A stretch of 64,000 nucleotides of DNA from Candidatus Woesebacteria bacterium (lineage in GTDB: Bacteria > Patescibacteriota > Microgenomatia > UBA1400 > PJMF01), in the NCBI GenBank assembly GCA_017999345.1, contig JAGNLY010000001.1:156535-220534 (forward strand), given 5' to 3'. The notes under the pieces were generated by a model. The model did not search any database. It saw only the letters and a list, made by a program, of their open reading frames with translations, and was not told the DNA's origin. Positions 35,001 through 43,169 of the stretch are shown here, piece after piece; positions within the stretch are counted from its first letter, which is position 1, and each line of letters begins with the position of its first letter. Position numbers and translations under genes: made by a program.

Positions 35001-35543
35001 ATGGTTGAAGATAAGATGCACGCAAGATCAACTGGTCCATACTCATTAGTCACTCAACAACCTCTTGGTGGTAAAGCACAAATGGGAGGTCAGAGACTTG
35101 GAGAAATGGAAGTTTGGGCTCTTGAAGCACATAAAGCAGCACATACACTTCAAGAAATGTTAACCATTAAGTCTGACGATGTGATGGGAAGAGCAAAGGC
35201 ATTTGAGTCTATTGTTAAAGGACTCGATATTCCAGAGCCAGCAGTTCCAGAATCATTCAGAGTTTTGATGAGAGAACTAAATTCACTTGGTATTGATGTT
35301 GTTCCTCATGAAGTTATCGAAGAGGATGAAGTCATTTTAGAAGTAGCAGCACCAGGATTAAATATTGATGCTGACGAAGTAAATGCTCTTGATCAAAGTA
35401 AAGATGAAGATGAAGCAGATGATGATTCCGAAGACGACGACTTGGATGACGTAGAACTAGATGATATCGAACCAGAGTTCAATGAGGAAGTAGCGGCAAA
35501 AATCGAAGCCGGCGAAGACATTGAGGAAGAAATCGAGGAGTAA
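32076..35543 (+). CDS. rpoB: DNA-directed RNA polymerase beta subunit
   Basis: Conserved blocks include GDKLAGRHGNKGVISKI and PLGGKAQMGGQRLGEMEVWALEA. Has an acidic C-terminal tail. Confidence 0.98.
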   Translation: MSQNKRQNWGQSHSILPELDLIKLQIDSYKIFLETGIRKSLNEVNSDKGIDDYTGKNWSLKFGEYRFGKAKYNVTQAKNKGVTYDMPLYVEATLLNKRTGEEKTQEVFLGDIPKMTKIGTFIINGIERAVVTQLVRSPGVFFGGALERTQGRQLFNAELRPKRGSWIEISVGKRDVITVKIDRRRKMPVTVLLRALGYGSDEEILDLLKSENSMDELNLLQNTIDKDATKTQEEALIEIYEKMRPGEPAVLETSREYFKQLFFDARRYDLARVGRYKLNRRLKLSVDTETTVLTSEDIVATVKYLIRLQNGEGKVDDIDHLSNRRVRQIGELVKESAFRIGLIRLEKSIREKMSLTKTEEVLTPAALVNARPLIATISEFFRRNRLSTILDQTNPLSEIDNLRRLSVMGTGGVTRERASFSMRDINASQYSRIDPVRSPEGPNIGLVTYLSLYAKVNDFGFLEAPYRKLKNVNGKMQVQNEIVYLSADEEEDYRITHASLDIDEKGFIKDEWVAMRYMNSFSEGSVEEAEYIDVIPNQVIGTSASLIPFIANDEANRALMGTHMQCQAVPLVKPQAPIVGTGMEAAVASAMGRTVKAINSGEVTYVDANRIEITLSKADSKKASELSENFDELYKHEDGKDIYVITKFIRTSQSTCYSQNPIVSIGDKINVGDVIIDGPAADGGELALGSNLVIAYASFEGLGYEDAIVISDRLVREDTLTSVQINEYKAKIMDTKLGPEELTNDIPNVSEVYLSNLTLDGIIRVGSIVSSGDILVGKIAPKGETELSPEERLLRAIFGEKSREVRDTSLRLPHGQSGTVIEVAVLDSDLGDELDPGTLKEVVVKVAQIRKITVGDKLAGRHGNKGVISKIVPVADMPHTEDGTPVDIIISPLSVLARMNLGQLLEAHAGWAAQKLGYKIAIPAFESFDEKKIWEELGRAGLPVSGKAQLIDGRTGEPFSETTTVGIGYILKLSHMVEDKMHARSTGPYSLVTQQPLGGKAQMGGQRLGEMEVWALEAHKAAHTLQEMLTIKSDDVMGRAKAFESIVKGLDIPEPAVPESFRVLMRELNSLGIDVVPHEVIEEDEVILEVAAPGLNIDADEVNALDQSKDEDEADDDSEDDDLDDVELDDIEPEFNEEVAAKIEAGEDIEEEIEE

Positions 35544-35563
35544 CAATCAATCCAAAGGACTTT

Positions 35564-38500
35564 ATGAAAAATATAATCAACTTCTCTGCTTTAGAAATTC
35601 GCATCGCATCACCTGAGACTATAAAGTCTTGGTCTTTCGGCGAAGTCAAGAAACCAGAGACAATCAACTACAGATCACTTAAGGCAGAAAAAGATGGCCT
35701 TTTTGATGAAAAAATCTTTGGACCTATCAAAGATTACGAATGTTATTGTGGAAAATACAAGAGAATTCGTTATAAGGGTATCGTTTGTGACAAATGCGGT
35801 GTCGAGGTTACTCAGTCAAAAGTTAGACGTGAAAGAATGGCTCACATTACTTTGTCAGCTCCAGTAGCTCACATCTGGTTTTTCAAAGGTGCTCCATCAA
35901 AATTGTCACTCTTGTTAGACATTTCACCAAGAAATCTTAGTTCAATAATTTATTTCTCAAAATACTTAGTTTTGGATATAAATTCTGAAGAGAGAACCGA
36001 AATTGCAGATAGATTAGATATTGATTTAGTCGCTGCTCAAGACGAACTCAAAGAAGAAGCTAAGAAAGAAATGGAAGCTGTTAAGAATGCTTTGACTGAA
36101 GACAAATCTAGTTTGAAGGAAAAAGTTACCAGCAAAGAAACATTGCAACTTAAACTTACCGAAGTTGAGTTAAAAGCAAAAAACAAGTTAGTTTCACTCA
36201 AGAAACATCTAGAAGTCAAGTTAGATCAAACTGAAGAGATCTACAAAACCATTAAACAAATGGTTAAGAAGATTAACAAAGGTATGATCTTGACTGAAGA
36301 TGAGTACATGAAGCTAGATGATTACAATGCAGCTTCTCACCTAAGAGTCGGAATGGGTGCAGAAAGTATTTTAGAGTTAGCAGATGCAATTGATATCAAT
36401 AAATTAGTTTTAAAGCTTAGAGAAGAAATTGAAGATTCAAAAGGCGCAAAATTAATTAAAGCTCTCAAAAGATTAAGAGTTGCTGAAGGTTTAAGAAAAG
36501 CAAAGATCAAAGCATCATGGATGTTCATGACTGTTTTGCCAGTTATTCCTCCAGATTTAAGACCTATGGTTCAACTTTCAGGTGGTAGATTTGCAACTTC
36601 AGACCTAAATGATCTTTATAGAAGAGTTATCAATAGAAACAATCGTTTAAAACACCTTATAGAACTTGGAGCTCCTGAAATCATTTTAAGAAATGAAAAA
36701 AGAATGCTTCAAGAAGCTGTAGACTCATTAATTGATGGTTCTAGTGCAAGACAAACCAGAAGAAGACAGACAAGAAGACCTTTAAAATCTTTATCAGAAA
36801 TGTTAAAGGGTAAACAAGGACGCTTCCGTCAAAACTTACTTGGTAAACGTGTTGACTACTCAGGACGTTCAGTTATCGTTGTTGGTCCAGAGCTCAAACT
36901 TAATGAGTGCGGCTTACCAAAAGATATGGCTTTGGAAATGTTCAAACCATATGTTTTAAGAGAATTAATTGTTAACGGTACTGCTCCAAACGTTAAGAGT
37001 GCAAAGCACCTTATTGAACGTCACGAACCAGAAGTTTACGATATTCTTGAAGAAGTTACCAAGAATCATCCAGTTATTCTAAATCGTGCCCCAACCTTGC
37101 ATAAACTTGGTATGCAGGCATTTTTCCCAATTTTGATTGAGGGAAATGCAATCAGATTGCATCCTTGTGTATGTTCTGGCTACAATGCTGACTTCGATGG
37201 AGACCAAATGGCCGTTCACGTACCTTTGACCAAAAAAGCACAGCAAGAAGCTATTGATTTGTTAATGGCAACTAATAATTTGCTTAAACCAGCTAATGGT
37301 GAGCCTATTACTATTCCAAACAAAGAGATGGCAATGGGTATTTATTACCACACAGTTGTTGACAGAAAATTAAAAGTTTATCCAGGTGTTTTCTCATCTA
37401 AAGATGAAGCATATCACGTTTACCAAATCGGTAAACTTCAACTAAGACAGCCAGCAATGGTTAGAGTTGCTTCACTCGGTAAAATAATTGAGACAACAGT
37501 TGGAAGATTACAATTTAATGATTTGTTGCCAGCAGAATTCGGTTTCATGAATGATGCAATTGGTGCAAAAACTATCAAGAAATTGGTTACAAGTGCAATT
37601 AAAGAACTCGACAAACAAAGAGTTGCAAACTTAATTGACTCAATCAAGAACTTAGGTTTTGAAGCAGCAACAACATCAGGAATTTCAGTTTCAGTTAGTG
37701 ACTGTGAAATGATTGAAAACAAAGATGAAATTATCGCAACTGCCAACAAAAAAGTTGAAGAAATTCAGTCTCAATACAATGAAGGTATGATTGCTCTCGA
37801 AGAGAGAAAGAGACTTTCATTTGATGTTTGGATCGATACAACTGAAGATATTGCAGAAAAAACTTGGAATACATATTCCGAAGATAATGCTGTTAAAGTC
37901 ATGATTGAATCAGGTGGAACTCGTGCTTCTAAAGATCAGGTCAAACAGCTGGCTGCAATGCGTGGATTGGTTGTTGACCCAAATGGTAACATCGTCGAGA
38001 TGCCTACCAAGTCTAACTTTAGAGAAGGTTTGACAATTTTTGAGTACGTTACATCTGCAAGAGGTTCTCGTAAAGGTTTGACTGACTCTGCTATTAAAAC
38101 TGCAGACGCTGGTTACCTTACAAGACGTTTGTGTGACGTGTCTCATGATGCAATCATTAGACTTAATGACTGTGGAACCGAAAATTTCATCAACATTAAT
38201 GACACTGACAGAACTGAAGTATTTGCAACCAGAATTGCAGGCAGAATTTTGGCAAAAGATATCGTTCTTAACAAAAAAGTTGTTGCTGAAAAAGGTATTT
38301 TGGTTACTCCAGAGTTAGCAAATGATCTGGTAAAAGCAGGTGTGAAATCTGCTGATGTTAGATCACCACTTACTTGTGAGTCTCCAAAAGGACTTTGTGC
38401 TTCTTGTTACGGAATTGACTTCTCAACATCAAAGATGATTGAGATTGGAGTTCCAGTTGGAATCGTTGCAGCACAATCTATTGGAGAGCCAGGTACTCAG

Positions 38501-39253
38501 CTTACAATGAGAACCAAACATAGTGGAGGTATTTTGGGTGCCGACGTGACTCAAGGTTTGCCACGTGTTGAAGAACTCTTAGAAGCAAGAACTCCAAAGA
38601 ATCAAGCAATCATCAGTGAAATTGCTGGAAAAGTTTCTATTGAAGAAAGTGACAAAGATGTCATTGTTACAATTAGAACAACATCATCTCCAGTAGAAGA
38701 AGTTGAATACAAGATTTCAAATCACTCTGACCTTTTGGTTAAAGATGGCGATTTGGTTCATGTTGGACAACAACTAACTGTCGGTTCTGTAAGTTTGAAA
38801 GAACTAGCAGTCGTCAAAGGTTTGTTACAAGCTCAACAATACACTATTGATCAAGTTCAAGCTGTTTATGAATCTCAAGGAATTCCAATTCATGACAAAC
38901 ATTTTGAAACAATCATTAGAAAGATGTGTGACAAGCTTCAGGTTGAATCTGCAGGCGACACTGATTTCTTAACTGGTGAAATTGTTGAAAAAACCAAATT
39001 TATTGAAGCAAATGACGAAGCAATGGCTGCCGGTGGTGAACCAGCAACTGCAAAAGTTCTCTTCTTGGGAATTACTCGTTCTTCATTGTTTACAGCTTCT
39101 TGGTTGTCAGCAGCTTCTTTCCAACACACAAAGAATGTTCTTACTGATGCTTCAGCAGCAGGTAAGATCGATTACTTGGATGGTTTGAAAGAAAATGTCA
39201 TTATTGGTAGATTGATTCCAACCAGTAAAGAGAGAGCAAGTATCGAGATGTAG
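35564..39253 (+). CDS. rpoC: DNA-directed RNA polymerase beta' subunit
   Basis: Zn-binding CYCGKYKRIRYKGIVCDKCG, the catalytic NADFDGDQMAVH motif, and trigger-loop/bridge-helix regions. Confidence 0.98.
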   Translation: MKNIINFSALEIRIASPETIKSWSFGEVKKPETINYRSLKAEKDGLFDEKIFGPIKDYECYCGKYKRIRYKGIVCDKCGVEVTQSKVRRERMAHITLSAPVAHIWFFKGAPSKLSLLLDISPRNLSSIIYFSKYLVLDINSEERTEIADRLDIDLVAAQDELKEEAKKEMEAVKNALTEDKSSLKEKVTSKETLQLKLTEVELKAKNKLVSLKKHLEVKLDQTEEIYKTIKQMVKKINKGMILTEDEYMKLDDYNAASHLRVGMGAESILELADAIDINKLVLKLREEIEDSKGAKLIKALKRLRVAEGLRKAKIKASWMFMTVLPVIPPDLRPMVQLSGGRFATSDLNDLYRRVINRNNRLKHLIELGAPEIILRNEKRMLQEAVDSLIDGSSARQTRRRQTRRPLKSLSEMLKGKQGRFRQNLLGKRVDYSGRSVIVVGPELKLNECGLPKDMALEMFKPYVLRELIVNGTAPNVKSAKHLIERHEPEVYDILEEVTKNHPVILNRAPTLHKLGMQAFFPILIEGNAIRLHPCVCSGYNADFDGDQMAVHVPLTKKAQQEAIDLLMATNNLLKPANGEPITIPNKEMAMGIYYHTVVDRKLKVYPGVFSSKDEAYHVYQIGKLQLRQPAMVRVASLGKIIETTVGRLQFNDLLPAEFGFMNDAIGAKTIKKLVTSAIKELDKQRVANLIDSIKNLGFEAATTSGISVSVSDCEMIENKDEIIATANKKVEEIQSQYNEGMIALEERKRLSFDVWIDTTEDIAEKTWNTYSEDNAVKVMIESGGTRASKDQVKQLAAMRGLVVDPNGNIVEMPTKSNFREGLTIFEYVTSARGSRKGLTDSAIKTADAGYLTRRLCDVSHDAIIRLNDCGTENFININDTDRTEVFATRIAGRILAKDIVLNKKVVAEKGILVTPELANDLVKAGVKSADVRSPLTCESPKGLCASCYGIDFSTSKMIEIGVPVGIVAAQSIGEPGTQLTMRTKHSGGILGADVTQGLPRVEELLEARTPKNQAIISEIAGKVSIEESDKDVIVTIRTTSSPVEEVEYKISNHSDLLVKDGDLVHVGQQLTVGSVSLKELAVVKGLLQAQQYTIDQVQAVYESQGIPIHDKHFETIIRKMCDKLQVESAGDTDFLTGEIVEKTKFIEANDEAMAAGGEPATAKVLFLGITRSSLFTASWLSAASFQHTKNVLTDASAAGKIDYLDGLKENVIIGRLIPTSKERASIEM

Positions 39254-39310
39254 TTTGATATTTTATTCGCGATCTATGGTCGTTGGTAAGAATATTTAAG
39301 CATTGAAATA

Positions 39311-39340
39311 AAAAATCCCGCCAGAAATGGCGGGATTTTT
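39311..39340. terminator. Bidirectional intrinsic terminator between convergent rpoC and the 604-aa gene
   Basis: AAAAATCCCGCCA-GAAA-TGGCGGGATTTTT: a 9-bp stem and GNRA loop, flanked by an A-run and a T-run. Confidence 0.8.
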
Positions 39341-39359
39341 GGATAAAAATGTAATTATT

Positions 39360-41174
39360 TCATTTATTAGCCATAATTAAATCACTATATTGTTTCAATG
39401 TCATATATCTCTGATCCACAGATATTTTTCCTCCATCTCCTTGTTCAGATATTCCATGACTTGCAAGATGAGCTACGATAGTACTAATTCTTACAGGACC
39501 ATTTTCATCAACTAATGTTACATCTCTATTTTTTGTCAATCTATACCCACAGTTTAAACAAGGACAAGGTACATCAATATTTGATCTTAATCCTCTTGAG
39601 ATCAAAAATTCTTCTAAGGGCATTTTTCTCCCAAATAAATTATTTTTTCCTGCCACAAAGTCTTTCCATTCTTCATCTATAATAGTTTTTACTTTTTGTT
39701 TAGCTTCCAAGTCAAATTCTGCATCAGTTTGTCCATCTTTAGTTCTACTATTGTAAATTTCTTCTAAGATCTGCTCTTTTCTCTTTTGAACCAAATATTC
39801 CGTTGCATGCAATAATTCAAACATGTCGCTAGAAATCTCAGCAGGAGTAAGTCTAATTTTTCCAGATTCTTCTAGATCTATAGCAATTGCTCTATCTAAC
39901 TGTTCTTGGGTAAGGACTGCTAATTTCCCAAAATCAACACCATCAATAATTTTATTAATAATAAATTTTTCACCACCGCCAAATCCATTTAGAAATACGT
40001 ATCCTGCCTTTAGCAAATCATTTCTAGTTATGTGACTAAGATTAATACCTTTTAGGATAAAATCTAGTTGCATGTCTTCAGTTAAATTATCGTTAAGGTC
40101 CATCACCTCGAAAGGATTTGGTTCACCTTTTATTTCTTGCAAACTTGACAAGAAATCTTGTAGACTTTTTATTGGTTTTGATTGATTTTTCACTGTCTCA
40201 ACTTCAGCTTTATTTTGAGTTTCATTTGGAAACATGATGCTTGATTTAATAACAAATAAATTTTCAGCTGGTGGAAGATAATTATTTTGATAACTTTCAA
40301 AATACGATACCGTCTTCTCTTTAAAATATTTATCTTTTGTTCTATATATAGCCCAAATATGTAGTTGAGGAAAATAATAGCTCTTACCATCATCTTCTTC
40401 AGTCAGACTTGATGAACTCACCAAATGAGGGGACTTCTCTTTGTCATTTAAAATCATATTTAACACTTTTGCATACTTACTTTGATCCTGGTTTAACGTG
40501 GGTTCTAAATTTTCTTTTAATTTTTTTGCTAACTCCAACACGCCTCTGAGCTTGTTTGGGTAAAGTGTCCTATTAGTAGTTTCCTGTGATAGTTTTAACC
40601 AAAAACGACTTTCTTCAACATTCTCTTCATCACTTTTTGCAGGATTAGTTCTCTTGGAATATTCCATATATTGTGCAGCGCGATCGTCCCATTCTGGATC
40701 ATTAACATTTTTTATAAAATTAATAAATTTTTCAATCTCATCTGATATTCTAGTTTCACTGGCACCAGAGATAATCAGATTAAATATTGATTTTAGCTCA
40801 GAATTTAAATGATCAGAATGCTTTTTAATTGTCCGCCACTTATTTTCAACTTCTTTAAATTTTTCTTTTTTTCCATAACTTGAGTAAACTTTTCTAATAG
40901 TTGAGCTAATTCTTGGTTCCTGTTTAGTTTCTATTTCATGACCAATAATATTCAAAATATTATCAAGGGTAATTTCTAGCTGTTTTAGATTTTCCCAGTT
41001 GTCATCATGATCTGGCTTGCGAATATTAGAATATCCAAAATATGATTCGACAGAAGATAAAATATAAGCAATTTGCTTGATTATCATTTTTAATTCTGGA
41101 ACGTCTTTAAAATTGGTTATCTCTTTACCATAAAGTTTTTCTGGCTTCTGGGGGTCATCATTTTCTTTATACAT
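39360..41174 (-). CDS. Orphan 604-aa protein, unknown function
   Basis: Long uninterrupted ORF with neighbourhood-like AT-rich composition. No TM or signal sequence. The C-terminus has the Cys/His cluster DVPCPCLNCGY...AHLASHG. TATAAT (41189-41184, minus strand) lies 9 nt upstream of the ATG. Confidence 0.7.
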   Translation of the reverse strand: MYKENDDPQKPEKLYGKEITNFKDVPELKMIIKQIAYILSSVESYFGYSNIRKPDHDDNWENLKQLEITLDNILNIIGHEIETKQEPRISSTIRKVYSSYGKKEKFKEVENKWRTIKKHSDHLNSELKSIFNLIISGASETRISDEIEKFINFIKNVNDPEWDDRAAQYMEYSKRTNPAKSDEENVEESRFWLKLSQETTNRTLYPNKLRGVLELAKKLKENLEPTLNQDQSKYAKVLNMILNDKEKSPHLVSSSSLTEEDDGKSYYFPQLHIWAIYRTKDKYFKEKTVSYFESYQNNYLPPAENLFVIKSSIMFPNETQNKAEVETVKNQSKPIKSLQDFLSSLQEIKGEPNPFEVMDLNDNLTEDMQLDFILKGINLSHITRNDLLKAGYVFLNGFGGGEKFIINKIIDGVDFGKLAVLTQEQLDRAIAIDLEESGKIRLTPAEISSDMFELLHATEYLVQKRKEQILEEIYNSRTKDGQTDAEFDLEAKQKVKTIIDEEWKDFVAGKNNLFGRKMPLEEFLISRGLRSNIDVPCPCLNCGYRLTKNRDVTLVDENGPVRISTIVAHLASHGISEQGDGGKISVDQRYMTLKQYSDLIMANK

Positions 41175-41268
41175 AGTAAATATATTATAAAATCACAGTG
41201 CTAATTTATAGTGGAGCACAATAAAGTTTAAGTCAAGATTAATAAAACAATAAACTATCCTATAATTA

Positions 41269-41297
41269 TTGACAAAAGCACATTCTGGAGCTATAAT
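41269..41297 (+). promoter_or_regulatory. Perfect consensus sigma70 promoter TTGACA-17-TATAAT
   Basis: TTGACA at 41269-74, a 17-nt spacer, TATAAT at 41292-97. Confidence 0.65.
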
Positions 41298-41303
41298 TAG
41301 GGT

Positions 41304-41518
41304 GTGAGATAAATTAGTTTTTTGAATTAAAGCAATTCAATTTAACACTAATTTATCGATCAAAACGCACATTAATAACTTGCAAAATACTTTATCCAAA
41401 TGAGTAGCACTTTGGGAATCATTGATTATGGTTCTTGAGGCGCTACTCATTCACATGAGTTGACATTACTCCAACTGGAGCGATGACAAACATTCATTCA
41501 AAAAAAGGATTAGACACC
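41304..41518 (+). promoter_or_regulatory. Structured 5' leader with alternative hairpins (candidate riboregulator)
   Basis: Hairpin 1 pairs GATAAATTAGT (41308-18) with ACTAATTTATC (41347-57), with an inner TTGAATT/AATTCAA stem. ATGAGTAGC (41400-08) pairs with GCTACTCAT (41442-50), and part of the latter can instead pair with ATGAGT (41455-60). Confidence 0.4.
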
Positions 41519-42046
41519 ATGAAAAAGAATATCACTATCCTAGTTCTTGCACTTGTTTTACTGTTTTTAGCCGGGATTTACAGAAAAGACGAGGCCCGGA
41601 TCTTGGAATTGGAGACGCAAGTCTCTGAGCTCCAAGAAAAAAACAACGCGTTTGCCGATCATGCCGTTGCTCTTCAAGAGCAGTTGGCTACTCTTGATTA
41701 CAATAATACTGTGATCAAGATTGTGGACAAGCAGGGGCTTTTGAATGACAGTCTTGTGTTGGGCCCATCGTTTGTTGTCTTGGAAGATGAGCTCCACTCA
41801 AAAAATGGAGAAGTTCGTCTTGTCAACACTCTGCTGGAAGCAGGGAGTAACAACTCCCTGTGGCTGTATGATGGTAGCACGGGCGAAAAGACTTATCTCA
41901 ACGCGTTCGCCGGAGAAACCGTCATTTTAAATGCGGGACCAGCGAATGAAGTAGGAGAAGTTTACCTTCAATACACAACCTGTTACACGAATAACAATTT
42001 CGCGTGTATCGGGAAGGTTTATCCAACTTCCATCAAAATCAAATAA
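41519..42046 (+). CDS. G+C-rich 175-aa membrane-anchored/secreted protein, unknown function
   Basis: ATG 41519 gives MKKNITILVLALVLLFLAG (a signal/anchor) with AAAGGA 10 nt upstream. The track start at 41483 adds 12 aa. A coiled-coil segment is followed by a beta-rich domain. Sampled lines give about 47-52% G+C. Confidence 0.65.
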   Translation: MKKNITILVLALVLLFLAGIYRKDEARILELETQVSELQEKNNAFADHAVALQEQLATLDYNNTVIKIVDKQGLLNDSLVLGPSFVVLEDELHSKNGEVRLVNTLLEAGSNNSLWLYDGSTGEKTYLNAFAGETVILNAGPANEVGEVYLQYTTCYTNNNFACIGKVYPTSIKIK

Positions 42047-42072
42047 GAAAAAGTAGCGCAAGTTAACAATGT

Positions 42073-42101
42073 GAAGAGCCTCGGCGCAAGCCGAGGCTTT
42101 T
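42073..42101 (+). terminator. Rho-independent terminator after the 175-aa gene
   Basis: GCCTCGGC-GCAA-GCCGAGGC followed by TTTTT. Confidence 0.8.
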
Positions 42102-42149
42102 TCACGCATTAATCTTAATAATTCCACAAGACACAAAAATTAATTGTTA

Positions 42150-42158
42150 TGATATAAT
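42150..42158 (+). promoter_or_regulatory. Extended -10 promoter (TGaTATAAT) for the str operon
   Basis: TG-a-TATAAT lies 35 nt upstream of rpsL. GGAG SD at 42180-83. Confidence 0.5.
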
Positions 42159-42192
42159 CAGTGTTCGTGTTATTTTATTGGAGTAATTATTT

Positions 42193-42606
42193 ATGCCTAC
42201 AATTAATCAGTTAATCAGAAAGGGAGGCCGTAAGCCAAACCCTAAAAGAGTTAAAGCTCAAGCACTTCGCAGAAGTTATAACTCAAACACTGGAAAACAG
42301 ATTATGACTAATAACCCACAAAAACGTGGTGTATGTACCGTGGTTAAAACCATGACCCCAAAGAAACCTAACTCAGCTTTACGTAAAGTTGCTCGTGTCA
42401 GACTTTCCAACAAAATGGAAGTTACTGCTTACATCATGGGCGAAGGTCATAGTTTAGCAGAACACAGTATCGTTTTGGTCAGAGGTGGTAGAGTTAAAGA
42501 CTTACCTGGTGTGAAATATCACATTATCAGAGGAAAATATGATGCTACCGGAGTTGACAAGAGAAAAACTTCACGTAGTAAGTATGGTGTTAAAAAAAGT
42601 AGTTAA
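42193..42606 (+). CDS. rpsL: 30S ribosomal protein S12
   Basis: [11 protein letters not shown]...[14 protein letters not shown]...[17 protein letters not shown]. Confidence 0.97.
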   Translation: MPTINQLIRKGGRKPNPKRVKAQALRRSYNSNTGKQIMTNNPQKRGVCTVVKTMTPKKPNSALRKVARVRLSNKMEVTAYIMGEGHSLAEHSIVLVRGGRVKDLPGVKYHIIRGKYDATGVDKRKTSRSKYGVKKSS

Positions 42607-42657
42607 TAATATATAAATGAAAGTATTTGCTAAATAATTAGCAGAGAAGAAATTATC

Positions 42658-43134
42658 ATGAGAACTAAAACAGCTCCAACTAGAGTAACTAGACCAGACG
42701 GAAAATATCAATCTGTCAGAATTGCAAAATTAATAAATTGCGTTATGCGTGATGGTAAAAAATCCGTTGCTCAAAAACAAGTTTATTTAGCTCTAGAAGA
42801 TTTAGCAAAAAAGACTGGTAAAAAACCACTCGAATCATTTGAAGATGTTATCAAAGCAGTTTCCCCACAGATGGAAGTAAGATCCAGACGTGTTGGAGGT
42901 GCTTCTTATCAAGTACCTATGCCTGTAAGACCAAATAGAGCATTCGCTTTATCTTTAAGAGCATTGGTAGAATCAGCTAATAAAAGACCAAGTAAGCAAT
43001 ATCACACTTTTGCTGAAAAGTTTGTTGCTGAAATGCTCGACGCCCTACAAGGTGTTGGTGGAGCAATTAACAAGAAAAATACTGCCCATCGTATGGCCGA
43101 TGCTAACAAAGCATTTGCTCACTTCAGATGGTAG
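42658..43134 (+). CDS. rpsG: 30S ribosomal protein S7
   Basis: Full-length S7 similarity, ending ANKAFAHFRW. Confidence 0.97.
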   Translation: MRTKTAPTRVTRPDGKYQSVRIAKLINCVMRDGKKSVAQKQVYLALEDLAKKTGKKPLESFEDVIKAVSPQMEVRSRRVGGASYQVPMPVRPNRAFALSLRALVESANKRPSKQYHTFAEKFVAEMLDALQGVGGAINKKNTAHRMADANKAFAHFRW

Positions 43135-43169
43135 AAATTTATTAATAGTAATAGCTACAGGTGGTGAAT

